Assembly: GCA_951406725.2 (NCBI GenBank)
Contig: OX597814.1
Span: 108,686,001-108,750,000 of the forward strand
Length of the DNA: 64,000 nucleotides
From: Octopus vulgaris
Taxonomy: Eukaryota
Direction: 5' to 3'
The translations under genes were made by a program, and so were the position numbers. Position 1 is the stretch's first letter, and every line of letters starts with the position of its first letter. The notes below the pieces were generated by a model. The model had not been told where the DNA came from. It saw nothing but the letters and a program-made list of their open reading frames with translations, and searched no databases. This document shows positions 13,377 through 27,485 of the stretch, piece by piece.

Positions 13377-14237
13377 ATGGTGCAATGGGTAGATTGTTGA
13401 TTTTAATTTCATGCATGCACATTATTTATTTTTGATTTTGTTGTCTACATAGTATAGTAGGGTCAGTTGGGCACCACCTGTGAGAAAAACAGCACCATGA
13501 TGCAATTCACTTTGCCAGAAATTTGGAAAAGACATGCTATACTGCTTAGCATTCATGCCAGAAGCTCCAATATGAAAATTTCAGAGTGTTTGGGTGTCAA
13601 TCTGAAGACATGTACCAAGAGTGATAAAAATTAAACATCCAGTCAACATCATGGTGTTTGGAGTGATCTCCATTGATGATAACATTATGCCTCCATTCAT
13701 CTTCCCACACAGCCTCAGATTCAACATGGAGGCCTGGAGTGCCTGGAGGAGGTAGTGCTGCTCTGGGTCAAGAGGGTGGCTGCTGGAAGACCCTATGTCT
13801 GGCAACAGGACTCTGCACCATGCCACACAAGCATGAGAATCCAGTCATGGCTGTCAAACAATTTCTGCGACCACATCACCCCAAACACCTGGCCACCTAA
13901 CTCTCCAGACTGCAGCCTCCTTGATTATTATGTGTGGGGCACAGTTGAGTGAGAGACCAACAGGACTCCTTGTAATACACCAAATATGAACTGAAGGTAA
14001 GGATTATGGCAGTATTCACCAACTTAAACAAGGAGACTGTCTAGAAGAGTTGCAAGATATTCTGAAGTCGTCTGGAGGACATGGTTGAAGCCAATGGTGA
14101 TTTTATTTAATAAATTTATTCTTTAGTATTTCAAGATATTTTAATGTAATTTTGGTAAATATATCTGTTAAAATGAGATGTCAGTGTTATTTTTATTTTT
14201 GCGTAATTCAGATGGCAGTTAATTCACCACACCCTGA
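13377..14237 (+). mobile_element. Tc1/mariner-superfamily element, maT (DD37D) type, decayed and internally deleted
   Basis: KHPVNIMVFGVIS...PYVWQQDSAPCHTSMRIQSWLSNNFCDHITPNTWPPNSPDCSLLDYYVWG: 37 residues between the second and third catalytic D; ends in cacaccctgaata. Confidence 0.9.
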
Positions 14238-14271
14238 ATATATATACATATGTATATATACATAAACACAT

Positions 14272-14336
<65 letters not shown>

Positions 14337-14384
14337 AACACACACACACACACACACAGAGGATGCAGTGAATGAACTGTCAAT

Positions 14385-14615
14385 ATAATCGCCATTGGCT
14401 TCAAGCATATTGGAGCTTCTGGCATGAATGCCAAGCAGTACAGCATGTCGTTTCCAAATTTCTGGCAGAGTGAATTACATCATGGTGCTGTTTGTCTCAC
14501 AGACAGTGCCCAACTGACCCTACTATATGTTATAGTTTACAAAATCAAAAACAATCAATGCACATGCACGAAATTAAAAATATAAAATGACGACAATCTA
14601 TCCATCACACCCTGT
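14385..14615 (-). mobile_element. Second, heavily deleted copy of the same maT element in opposite orientation
   Basis: Reverse complement of the 13380-13575 5' region joined to gaagccaatggcgat, which matches the transposase 3' end near 14087. Confidence 0.8.
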
Positions 14616-15641
14616 ATACACACACACACACAATGGGCTTCTTTCAGTTTCCATCAACCAAATCCATTCACCATGCTGCGGTTGATCTGAGGCTATAGTC
14701 GGAGGTACTTGCTCAAGGTGCCATGCAGTGGAATTGAGCCCAGAACTTCTCACCACACAGCCATACCTGCATCTATATATAGATATATTACCAAATTTAA
14801 AGAGGTCAACAGTAAATCTATTGGAGAAAAAGACCGAATTATTGAAAAATTCTAGTTCCATAAATATTAATAGTTCTATAACAGATATGAAAGGAGAATA
14901 AATCTTTCTGATGTGAAAAGAAAGTGTTGGCTTTTTTTTTTGTATATTTCAGCAAAATATTGATGTTTATTTCATTTAAAGGATACCAGCTTTGAAGGTT
15001 TGTCAGGAATTCCAGTTCACAGAGAATATTGTGATGAGAGCATAAACATTGCCCTTGGTTCCTTATTTTCCCTTCCCTTGTTTTTATCTTCTGTCTGTCA
15101 TCTTTTATTTGTTTCAGTCATTTGACTGTGGGCACCAACTTGAAGGGTTTTAGATGAATGGATCGGCCCCAGGACTTGTGTTATTTTAAGTCTAGTTCTT
15201 ATTCCATTGGTCTTTTTTGGCTCAACTATTATGTTAAGGGGATGTAGACAAACCAACACTGGTTGTGAAGTGTTGGAGGTGTGGGATGTGGGGGGGACAA
15301 ACACAGTGATAAAGACACACAAACTAACAGAAATATATATATATGTGTGTATGCATGTGTGTATGTATGTATGTATGTATGTATGTATGTATGTATGCAT
15401 ACGCATATATATATATTCTTTTGCTTGCTTCAGTCATTTGACTGTGGCCATGCTGGAGCACCGCCTTTAGTTGAAAAAATCGACCTCAGGAATTATTCTT
15501 TGTACGCCTAGTACTTATTCTATCAGTCTCTTTTGCCAAGCTGCTAAGTCATGGGGCTATAAACACATCAGCATCAGTTGTCAAGCAATGGCAGAGGGAC
15601 AAACACAGACACACACACAAATATATATATATATATATATA

Positions 15642-16200
15642 TCATCATCATCATCATTTAGCGTCCGTTTTCCATGCTAGCATGGGTTGGACGGTTCAAC
15701 TGGGGTCTGGGGAGCCCGAAGGCTGCACCAGGCCAGTCAGATCTGGCAGTGTTTCTACAGCTGGATGCCCTTCCTAACGCCAACCACTCCGAGAGTGTAG
15801 TGGGTGATTTTATGTGCCACCGACACAGGTGCCAGACGAGGCTGGCGAACGGCCACGCTCGGATGGTGTTTTTATGTGCCACCGACACAGGTGCCAGACG
15901 AGGCTGGCAGACGGCCACGCTCGGATGGTGTTTTTATGTGCCACCGACACAGGTGCCAGATGAGGCTGGCGGACGGCCACGATCGGATGGTGTTTGTTAC
16001 GTCCCCAAAGCACGGAGGCCAGTCTATGCGGTACTGGCTACGGCCACGTTCGGATGATTTCTTGTGTGCCACCGGCACTGGTACCACAAAGATACAAATT
16101 CCATTGATGTTCATCTATTTTGATTTGTTTTGATTTGATTTGATTTTCACTTGCCTCAACAGGTCTTCACAAGTGTCACAAGAAGGAAGGTATGCACAGG
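15642..16200 (-). mobile_element. RTE LINE 3' UTR/tail with a 62-bp tandem repeat
   Basis: Reverse complement of the 3' UTR of the 8-12.7 kb copies; unit tatgtgccaccgacacaggtgccag... starts at 15811, 15873 and 15935. Confidence 0.88.
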
Positions 16201-16530
16201 TAGATATATATATATATATATATATATTCGATGGGCTTCTTTCAGTTTCTGTCGACCAGATCCACTCAGAGGGCTTTGGTTGGCCCATGGCTATAGTAGA
16301 AGACACTTGCCCAAGATGCCATGCAGTGGAACTGAACCTGGAACCATATGGATCTGGTCGACAGAACCTGAAAGAAGCCCATCGAATGTATATATATATA
16401 TACATATATCATATTAAATTAGAGATAAAACCACTATTAGGCAAATCATACAATGAAAAACTTAAGCCAATACATAAGATTAATTAATTTATATTATTTT
16501 AAATATATATCAAAATTATTAAATTAGATG

Positions 16531-16582
<52 letters not shown>

Positions 16583-16633
16583 GTGTGTGTCTGTGTTTGT
16601 CCCTCCACCATTGCTTGAAACTGATGCTGATGT

Positions 16634-16675
<42 letters not shown>

Positions 16676-16878
16676 TACTATCAATATAGGATGAAGTCCC
16701 TTTCTCTACAGAAAAGGAATCCATCAGGAAGCGTGGGCAGTATATTTAAAAAAACCGTTACGGTTGAAGTATAAACATCATATAATTAAGGGCTAAATTC
16801 TCCTGTAGCAAGCGGATTATAAGTGGATAAATCAGTGTATTGGCTTTAGAATAACCCTCTTTAGCCCTTAATTATATG

Positions 16879-16920
<42 letters not shown>

Positions 16921-18524
16921 ATATACATATATATATATACACATACATACACTCACACTTACACACACACACATATACTCACATACACATACACACACAC
17001 ACCTCACGCTTTCACACATTCTCCATCCTTCATACTCATTCACTAGAAGACACACACCCATGGTGCCACACAGTGGGACTGAACCTAAAACCATGAGGTT
17101 GCAAAATTAGCTTCTTTAACCCCACAACCATGCCTACATCTATTTTGAACAATAAACAGAATTTTTTGAATTTTTTTTTTCTGGAAGTAATTTTTAAAAA
17201 TAAAACAAAATTACACAAATGTAATCTTTGTGTTATTATTTGCAGCTAGAATATCTCGATGTTGTCTGGTGCCCATGGTAACAAAGTTATTTTATGCTGT
17301 ATTGCATAGAAAAAAAGAGATAGTCGATCTACTATTGGTGCTTAGAGGAATTTGGAGAGAAATAGTAAGAGCAGATGAACTTAGAGAGAGACATTGGCCT
17401 GGAGTAAGTGGAGGTCTTTGTTGCCAGCATCCAGTCGAAGAGGTGAGAGGTAAGAATTAGTAGATTCTATGTCAGTGCAGACACTAAAAGCTGGAATATT
17501 GTCTGGCAATGGACAGCAGAGATGGGCGAGAGATTGGTGTTTTAAAAACAAAATAAGATTTGTGGTTTGGATATTAGGAGGTGGTGATGGTTGTAGTTGG
17601 AGTGGTGGGGAGGATTAGTTTGTACAAAGTCTCTGTGAAAAGAAATTCGGAATATGATGATGGTAGTTGATAGAAGATTTTATGAATAATGGTAAAACTA
17701 GATGAATAAGCAGTAGAGGTTTTACAGCATCAAGGGAATTGTTATGCTTAGACTACTGCTAACACTCTGCCATTATGACAACGAAGGTTTCCATTGATTT
17801 GATCTATGGAGCTGCCTGTTTGTGAAATTAACCGGCAAGTGGCTGAGCGCTGCACAGACACACTTGCCCTTAACATAGTTCTCAGGGAGTTTCAGCGTGA
17901 CACAGGATGTGACATGGCCTAGTGGTTAGAGCAGTGGACTCGCGGTCGACAGATCGTGGGTTCGAATCTCAGACCGGGCAATGTGTGTGTTTATGAGCGA
18001 AACACCTAAGCTCCACGCGGCTCCGGCAGAAGGTTATGGCGGACTTCTGTTGACTTTTTCACAACAACTTTCTCTCACTCTTTCCTCCTGCATCTTGCAG
18101 CTTACCTGCAAAAGACCGGCATCCCATCCAGGTGGGGAACCTATATGCCAAGGAAACCGAGAAACTGGCCCTTGTGAGCCAGGCAATGCTCGAGAAGGAA
18201 CAAACAACAACAAGGCTAACCCTCTGAAATATAGGTACAACTTGTTTTTGCCAGTTGAGTGAACTGGAGCAACGTGAAATAAAGTGTCTTGCTCAAGAAC
18301 ACAATGCTCTGCTGGGTTTTGAACTCACAACCTTACAATCGTTGGCCAATTACCCTGACCACTAAGCCACACACCTTCATGGTTATGCGTAGTATGTATG
18401 AAAGAAATCTTTTCTTTTATCTTTTACTAGTTTCAGTCATTAGATTGTGGCCATGCTGGGGCACGGCCTTGAAGAATTCTTTTGTCAAATGAATCAAACC
18501 CAGTACTTGTATGTGCATATATGT

Positions 18525-19118
18525 GCCAGAGGTGTAACCAGCCCACTTATGCGTACCTTTCCTTCATTGGACACTAAACTCTGCTTGCAATGACCTGTTG
18601 AGGCAAGTGAAATCAAAATCAAATTCGATGACAGCATCGCATGACTGGCATCCGTGCTAGAGGAGCGCTAAGAGCACCATCTGAGCATGATCGTTGCCAG
18701 AGCTGCTGACTGGCTCCCATGCTGGTGGAATGCAAAAAGCACCATTTGAGCATGATCATTACCAGTGTCACCTTACTGACACTTGTGCCGGTGGCACGTG
18801 AAAAACAACATTCGAGTGAGGTCGTTGCCAGTACCGCTGGACTGGCTCCTGTGTAGGTGGCATGTAAAAAACTCCATTTGAGCGTGGCTGTTGCCAGTAC
18901 TGCCTGACTAGCCCTCATGCTGGTGGCACGTAAATGCACCCACTACACTCTCAGAGTGGTTGGCATTAGGAAGGGCATCCAACTGTAGAAACTCTGCCAG
19001 ATCAGATTGGAGCCTGGTGCAGCCATCTGGCTTGCCAGTCCTCAGTCAAACCATCCAACCCATGCCAGCATGGAAAGTAGACGTTAAATGATGATGAAGA
19101 TGATGATGATGATGATGA
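18525..19118 (+). mobile_element. RTE LINE 3' UTR/tail fragment
   Basis: Similar to 10965-11549, including cacccactacactctc...ggaagggcatcca and the (gat)n tail. Confidence 0.85.
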
Positions 19119-19127
19119 TATACACAA

Positions 19128-19158
<31 letters not shown>

Positions 19159-20031
19159 GGTATGTATGTATGTATGTATGTATGTATGTGTGTATGTATG
19201 AGTTAGAGGTATTTGCCTTATATATATATATATATGTATATTTACATTTATTCTACTATTTGTTTCAGTCATTTGACTGAAGCCATGCTGGAGCACCACC
19301 TTTAGTTGAACAAATCAATCCCAGGACTTATTCTTTGTAGGCCTAGTACTTTTTCTATTGGTCTCTTTTGCCAAACCACTAAGTTACGAGGACATAAACA
19401 CACCAACATAGGTTGTCAAGTGATGGTGGGGGGACAATCACAGACACACAAACACACACGCACACCCATATATATGACGGGCTTCTTTTAGTTTCCGTCT
19501 ACCAAATCCACTCACAAGGCTTTGGTTGACCTGAGGCTATAGTAGAAGACATTGGCCCAAGGTGCCACACAGTGAGATTGAACCCAGAACCTTGTGGTTG
19601 GTAACCATGCTACTTACCACACAGCCACTCCTGTGCCTATATATATAATTAATTTTAAAAATGGAGGAAAAAGACAAAGGGAAAAAACAAGAATGTGAGG
19701 ATGTATATATATATATATATATATATATGTTTGTGTGTACTTACATATAAGAGACCAGAGTGTACATACGCCACTATATGTATATAAAAAAGAATACAAA
19801 AAAATGGAACAAGAATGCAACAGGCAACAACAAGGCATCGAAACAGTTAGATGATACAAAAAGGGACAAGAAAAAACAAAGACGTGTCATTCAGAGTTTT
19901 CTTTCCACAGTCAAGTTCCAGATTATCTTTGCAGTTTTGGCTGGTTATACTTGAGACTGTTCCAATCTAGCCATCCCCAAGGAAAAATCTAAGCTAAGAG
20001 CACTAGATTCCTTGGAAGAAAGCTACGAATG

Positions 20032-20170
<139 letters not shown>

Positions 20171-20781
20171 AGGACAAGCTTCTTTCAGTTTTTGTCTGCC
20201 AAATCCATTCACAAACATTCAAATGACCTGAATCTATGATCAAAGACATATATTCAGAGTGCCACTGTATGGGACTGAACCTGAACTCACATGCTCTACA
20301 AAGCAAACTTTGTAACCACAAAGCCATGTCTGCACCTTTCTGATAACCAAATACTGTTTCTGGAAAAGCATCCTTCTTCCATTTCTTCGATCTGTCCTGA
20401 AAGAATGATCAAAGTCAGAGGTTATTAGAAGCAATGGTTGTTTAGAAGCTCTCTTTAAATGTAATTCTAGATGGTTGCTTGCTAATATTCTTCAGTCAAA
20501 TGGTAGAAGAAACTTTAGTTGGAATATTCTTTTAAAGATCTTTTATAATCTGATACCACCAAAACACTTTATGTTCTCTAACAATCAAAGAAGTATCAAT
20601 CAGTTTGGATACCAATCATGATGTCTAGAGTCATGGAGAATTTGCTGTCTTCTACAAACTGCCAACTTAATTCTAAGATTGAAAGCAAATTGTGCAGCTC
20701 TGAAACTCCGATCTCTTTGCTAAATATTATTGAGTTTCATCTCTTCTTCCCGCTGTCTCCATATGTGTGTGTGTAAATATC

Positions 20782-20859
20782 TGTATGTATGTATGTATGT
20801 ATGTATGTATGTATGTATGTATGTATGTATGCATGCATGCATGTATGTATGTATGTTTG

Positions 20860-20916
<57 letters not shown>

Positions 20917-21312
20917 CTCTGTCTCTCTATCTATCTATCTACCTGTCTCTATATATATAGATACACATACACATAAACACACGCACACACACATAAATAG
21001 TGATGCAGATAAACACAAATAGGTTTGACACATACATACATACATACATACATACATACATACATTCGTACATACATACATACATACATACATTCATACA
21101 TACATACATACATATATACATACATACATACATTCATACATACATATATACATACATACATTCATACATACATGCATGCTTGCATGCATACATGCATACA
21201 TACATACATACATACATACATTCATTCATACATACATACATACATACATACATACATACATACATACATACATCATACATACATACATTCATACATACAT
21301 ACATACATATAT
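20782..21312. repeat. (TATG)n/(TATC)n and (CATA)n tetranucleotide microsatellite cluster
   Basis: Direct reading of the sequence. Confidence 0.95.
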
Positions 21313-21455
21313 ATGACATTGTGCTTTTATCCAAAATGGTGACCTCCATGTGTTCGGTTTGAATAATTAAGATTTTAAGACATTTTTTCTTAACATGAGA
21401 CCAAAGGTAGCCTTAATACACAAATTAAGAAATTCTATCCTGTTCGACATTTATA

Positions 21456-21511
<56 letters not shown>

Positions 21512-21514
<3 letters not shown>

Positions 21515-21667
21515 TTTATTTAAAAGCAGCAGAAATTCAACAAAACCTGTTACTCGGAGTTTCACGTTCCCGTTCGTTGGACAGTTTTGTTAAAATTTTA
21601 ACTCCGAGTAATTGAAACTCCAAGTAACAGGTTTTTGTTGAATTTCTGCTGTTTTTAAATAAAGCAT
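21512..21667. mobile_element. Penelope-type inverted repeat with degenerate hammerhead motif
   Basis: ctttatttaaaagcagcagaaattcaacaaaacctgttact is mirrored at 21615-21665; minus strand ctgt-CCAACGA-acg-ggaa-cgt-GAAA-ctccgag-TA-acag at 21547-21584. Confidence 0.6.
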
Positions 21668-21953
21668 GTTACTCTACCCCTGGTATTTGAGTACTCTTTT
21701 TTTCCACCTTGTTTCACATTTATGTGTTTAATCTGGTATGTATATATATATATATATATATATATAAATGGAGGAGTACAATAGTTGGTTCATCAACTTT
21801 AGGACATTAAAAATGTTAACTTATTTATTTATTAAACTGATAATTATAATAACATACATACATATAGCATATTATTGTATGCATATAAAATAAGGATACA
21901 AGTAATTATTCAAAAACATGAATATGGACCCACAACCCCTATCTTTCTTGGAG

Positions 21954-21985
<32 letters not shown>

Positions 21986-22363
21986 CTGTGTTGTAAGAAG
22001 CTTGCTTCTCAACCACATAGTTCTGGGTTCAGTCCTACTGCATAGCATCTTTGGCAAATGTCTTTTACTTTAGCCTTAGGCCAACCAAAGAAGTGTGAGT
22101 GGGTTTAGCAGACAGAAACTGTAAGAAGTCTGTCGTGTGTGTGTGTGTGCACATGCATGTGTCTGTCTGTTTGTCCTTACCACTGCTTGACAACCGGTGT
22201 TGGTGTGTTCATGTCCCCGTAACTAAGCAGTTTGGCAAAAGAGATTGATAGACTAAGTACCAGGCTTAAAAAATAAAAACTACTGGGGTTGTTTCATTTG
22301 ACTAAAGTTCTTTAGGGAAGTGCCCCAGCATGGCCACAGTCTAATGACTGAAACAAATAATTG

Positions 22364-22412
<49 letters not shown>

Positions 22413-22428
22413 ATAGATAGACACATAG

Positions 22429-22478
<50 letters not shown>

Positions 22479-22749
22479 GTAAACACATATATACATATAT
22501 ATGTACTTAAATATATTTACATAGAGCATGATTTCTTAATACATGATTTCTTAACTTGACAGCTGTTTCGGGAAGCTTGGAATTAAGTAATAATCATAAA
22601 GTTCATGATTTGCAAATAAAACGGGCAATAAGTCTTGAGTATGCAACTAGTAAATAGTTGCACAAAGATATTACTATAAGTCTGGCTTCCTTCCTCAAGA
22701 GAAAATTGTATTTGTGCATGTGTGTGTATGTATATATATATATGTGTGT

Positions 22750-23000
22750 GGAGGCGCGTGGCTTAGTGGTTAGGGTGTCAGCATCATGATCGTAAGATTG
22801 TGGTTTCGATTCCTGGACCGGGTGATGCGTTGTGTTCTTGAGCAAAACACTTCATTTCACGTTGCTCCAGTCCACTCAGCTGGCAAAAGTGAGTAACACT
22901 GCGATGGACTGGCATCCCATCCAGCTGGGGAACACATACGCCATTGAAACCGGGAAACCGGACCCATGAGCCTGGTTAGGCTTTAAAAGGGCACGAAAAA
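22750..23000 (+). mobile_element. tRNA-derived SINE (V/Meta-domain-like body)
   Basis: A box tggcttagtgg, B box gtttcgattcc, body ttgtgttcttgagcaaaacactt...gatggactggcatcccatccag; related copy at about 17915-18200. Confidence 0.8.
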
Positions 23001-23567
23001 GAAAAAAATATATATATATACCACGGGCATCTTTCAGTTTCCATCTACCCAAATTACAAGGCTTATATATGTAAGTGATTATATATGTATGAAGGTATCT
23101 GTGAGTGTATCTCTGTGGGTATATGGGCATGTATATATGACTATACGTGGGGGAGGCTGTGTGTGTGTGTCTCTAGACCACCAAATATTGAAGGTTGGAT
23201 CATAAAATTCCACATGTGCAGCTTAACATGAGGAACACAATAAACAGCCAATACATCCAATATACCACTCATAGCATGCATGCAGAAGCACATTAACAGC
23301 AAGTGGAATGAAACTGCCAGTGTCTGCTAAATTCGAACAAGACAGATGGATGTGTTAGCATCGAAGTCAAAGGTTTTTTTAACTAACGGAGACAGCAATT
23401 GAATATTACCTGAAGAAATACAACTGGATCCCATTATACAGGTAAACCGTTGCATAATCAAATACCAGTATATGTGAAGAACTATGTTGTATGGAAACAG
23501 GTGTGGTGATGAAATAATAACTGTCCAGCTGTACACCTTCTTGCTGACTCTATCTTATTCAATTATA

Positions 23568-23726
23568 GGAGTGGCTGTGTGGTAAGTAACTTGCTTACCA
23601 ACCACATGGTTCCGGGTTCAGTCCCACTGCGTGGCACCTTGGGCAAGTGTCTTCTACTATAGTGTCGGGCTGACAAAAGCCTTGTGAGTGGATTTGGTCG
23701 ACGGAAACTGAAATAAGCCCGTCGTA

Positions 23727-23779
<53 letters not shown>

Positions 23780-23990
23780 ATGATTGTGTGTCTGTGTTTG
23801 TTCCCCCAAAATCGCTTGACAACCGATGCTGGTGTATTTACGTCCCCGTAACTTAGTGGTTCGGCAAAAGAGACCGATAGACTAAGTACTAGGCTTACAA
23901 AGAATAAGTCCAGGGGTCGATTTGCTTGACTAAAGGCAGTGCTCCAGCATGGCTGCAGTCAAATGACTGAAACAAAAAAAAAGTAAAAGA
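23568..23990 (+). mobile_element. Near full-length copy of the dominant tRNA-derived SINE (many full or partial copies in the window)
   Basis: Head gtggctgtgtggtaag...ggttcagtccc, internal (TA)n/(TG)n, tail cagcatggc...cagtcaaatgactgaaaca; other copies at about 19255-19640(-), 35276-35720(+), 37120-37527(-), 44135-44632(-), 58250-58830(-), 59950-60387(-). Confidence 0.92.
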
Positions 23991-23992
23991 GC

Positions 23993-24027
<35 letters not shown>

Positions 24028-24878
24028 CATATCTATGTGTGTGTGTGTGAGTGCGTGTGTGTGTATATATATATATATGTACGTATAAATCTATGTGTCT
24101 GTGGGGGGTTTGCCTTTGTATTTGTGTGTCTGTTCCTTCCCCACTGCATGAGAACCAGTGTTGGTTTGTTTTCATCTCCATAAACTTAGCAGTTTGGAAA
24201 AAGAGACTGATAGAATAAGTACCAGACTTCTTAAAAGAACTAAATACCGACTGTGCCCCAGCAAGGTCACAGTCCGAGAAGTGAGCAAAAAAAAAAAGGG
24301 AATTTAAGTATTTCCAATGAGAGGAATATAACAAATATCTGTCATAGTTCTGTGATTGGTGCCATGTAAAAAGCACCCGGCAGACCCTCTGTAAAGTGGC
24401 TGGATTTAGGAAAGTCATCAAGCCATAGGGACCATTCCGAAGCATACAATTGGAGCCTGGTACAGCTCTTCAGTTTGCCAGCTCCTGTCAAGCCATCCAA
24501 CTCATGCCAGCATGGAAAACAGACATTAAATGATGGTGATGAGGATGATGATGAATTGTGCCATTCAATAAAAGAAATCTATCAGATTATAATAAATATT
24601 CCAACACAATAACAGTTTTCTTTTGTGCGATGTTATCATCAACATTTCTTGCTTCTTTCCCTGAGATTTCATTATTTCTATATTTCTAATATCTCCACTT
24701 CAAACATACACAATTAAATTAAATCCTAGTGTAACCGAAACATTAACTTTGGTTTCGTTTTTGATTTAGTTATTAAAGAAATGACTCTCCCAAAAGAACT
24801 ACTGCTTTAAGTGGTCTTTTTAAACTTTCTTTTGATGCCGCCAGTAATTAAAACTTTTTAGCTTGATTCGTGAACAAA

Positions 24879-24906
24879 ATGTTACAGGAACCGCAGCCAG
24901 CCAACG
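24879..24906 (+). other. Candidate upstream micro-exon (3' part)
   Basis: aaaATGttacag-gaaccgcagccagccaacg|gtaaat; reads (MLQ)EPQPAN plus 1 nt, phase-compatible with the 26016 exon. Confidence 0.3.
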
Positions 24907-26015
24907 GTAAATTATTGATTTCTCTTTGAGACATATTCCAAATATAGTAGACTAAGTCGTATGTGTGTTGGTAAGTAGTAGTTAGTGCAAAATTCATGTG
25001 ACTAATATTGGTTTTTATTTGAAACCTAAACAGAATTAAGTTAGAAGACAACATTGATCGCTCAGACACACTTCAGGTGCCATGTTTGTAAGGAAAGGAA
25101 AAAGAAAAACCTGAAATGTTTAGTTTTTAGTATTTTTTCTCTGCTGGCAAAGGCATGACTGGGTGGTTAAGAGGCTCTCTTTGCAACGGTATGGTTTTTT
25201 GGTTCAATCCCACTGCAGGCATTTTCAGCTAGTGTCTTCCACTATTGTCCTGGGATGCCCAATGACTTGTGGTTGAATTTGGTTGATGGAAACTATATGG
25301 AAGCCCATCATTAATGTATCTAATTTGTACCATCATCATCATTGTTTAACGTCTGTTTTTCATGCTGGCATAGGTTGGATGGTACGACCAGGGTCTGGGA
25401 AGCCAGGAGGCTGTATCAGGCTCCAATCTGATCTGGCAGTGTTTCTATAGCTGGATGCTCTTCCTAACGCCAACCACTCCAAGAGTGTAGTGGGTGCTTT
25501 TTTTACATGCCACCGGCACAGGGGCCAGAGGGGGCTGGCATCAACCACAATCGGATGGTGCTTTTTACGTGCTACCGGCACGGGAGCCAGTCAAGGTGGC
25601 GCTGGCATCGGCCACATTTGGATAGTGCTTTTTATGTGCCACTGACACAGGGACCACAACTACAATTTCTATTTGATTTCGATTTTCATGTATGCGTGTG
25701 TGTAAGTGCATGTGTGAGTGTGTGTGTGTGAATCTTTATGTTTGTTTTTGTCCACCCCACCACACCCCACTTGATAACCAGGGTTAGTTTGTTTACATCC
25801 TCCTAACTTGGCAGTTTGACAAAAGATGAATAAAATAGGTGCCAGGATTAAAAACAAAATCTCGAGCTGAGTTGTTCCACTAAACCGTTCGTGGTGGTGC
25901 CCTAGCATGGCCGGAATCCAATGACCACAACAGGTAAAAGATAAAAAACATAAAATATAAGTGAAATGGTCACAAGTCTACAATGGTGGAAGATTTCCAA
26001 GAGCTTTTCTTTCAG

Positions 26016-26104
26016 TTGTTCTCCACATCTGCAGGGACAGCTTCCTAGCTTGGCAGCCATTTCTCAACAATCCGCTTCATTCAAGGTATTTGCTGCCAGA
26101 AAAG
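26016..26104 (+). other. Candidate exon (89 nt), coding or 5' UTR
   Basis: Acceptor cttttctttcag| and strong donor AAG|gtaaga in unique sequence; open frame VLHICRDSFLAWQPFLNNPLHSRYLLPEK, and a second frame is also open. Confidence 0.5.
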
Positions 26105-26584
26105 GTAAGAATTATAAAATCTCAAGAAGAGATGGAGTAGTAACGTATACTAAATGGTAAAGTGAATCGTTACATCAAAGTGGCAGGTGAATGTTACTAC
26201 TAGTTTAACCCCAGGCAGATTCTCCACCAGCTGGTTTTTCTGTGCAATGCTCTGCACCTTTTATATATAATATATCACTAGCAGGGGGAGCGAATCCCCC
26301 CCCCCAGCATCTGACAGGATCGTGGGAGTGGCCCAGTTTCAAGCTATTTGGCTCACATCAGCTGCGCACACCTGCACAGTGGAGAGTGCTAGCTAAGATT
26401 TGCTTCTACCAGCGATATATTCTTTTTTACTCTTTACTCTTTTACTTGTTTCAGTCATTTGACTGCGGCCATGCTGGAGCACCGCCTTTAGTTGAATCAA
26501 ATCGACCCCAGGACATATTCTTTGTAAGCCTAGTACTTATTCTATCAGTCTCTTTTGCTGAACTGCTAAGTTACGGGGACCTAA

Positions 26585-26615
<31 letters not shown>

Positions 26616-26616
26616 C

Positions 26617-26681
<65 letters not shown>

Positions 26682-27485
26682 CATATATACGATGGGTTCT
26701 TTCAGTTTCTGTCTACCAAATCCACTCACAAGGCTTTGGTTTGATGAGCCTTCCCTACCGCACTGGTTCAACATGGTTTGGCAGAGAAGTGCAGTTTCTC
26801 TTTTTTTTATACGCTTTCTCAGAATTACTGAAGTCAATTACATTGATACCAGTGCTTAACTGGTGCTTACTTTATCAATCCTGAAAGGATGAAAGGCAAA
26901 GCCACCTAGGAGGAATTTAAAGCCAGTTCATAAAGATGGACAAAGTAACACTAAGTATTTTGCCTGCTTACTGCTGTAAAATATAAGGTTACATCTGAAG
27001 AAATCAATTATTATAATAACATTGACCATAAATTATAATGGTTAATGATATTGTAATTCTGTCTTTAAAACAGCCTTCTGTTATACTTATAACAAGTTAA
27101 GAGATATTCAAATAATGTTTGTTTAATAACATTCCCCATCTCTCACTACCCCAAACATTCTTGCAACCTCTACCTACCGCATTCCTGGTTCCTCTGACCC
27201 CATTCACTTCTACTCACTTTGAGTATCCATCCTGAGACCTCATCACCACTATTTTGATCTCCTCCCAGCTCCATCCTGATTACTTCCAACCCATCTTCTA
27301 CAACATGAGCGGCCATTGTAGCTCCCCTACAGCAAGAAACTTGGTTCACTTTAGCCCCCTCTCTCATATTTTACCCCCCTCATCTCTGAGCATAAAAACC
27401 ACTTCTCTTGGGATTTGCAGTCTTGTGAGTTGCATGGTGACCTCAGTTGTGCTGGTGCCATGAAAAGAGTACTCAGTAAATATAG

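Noticed and set aside
14982-15060. Open frame DTSFEGLSGIPVHREYCDESINIALG after a possible acceptor
   Set aside because: No good donor or partner exon; insufficient support
15811-16030. Regularly spaced GC-rich repeats resembling a CRISPR array (also 55560-55900 and 40413-40622)
   Set aside because: Units are contiguous tandem copies with no unique spacers, there are no cas genes, the context is eukaryotic, and two of the arrays lie within RTE 3' UTRs
22750-22825. tRNA-like sequences with A and B boxes (also 17915, 23568, 27960)
   Set aside because: They lack a complete acceptor stem and run into repeat bodies or microsatellite, so they are SINE heads rather than tRNA genes
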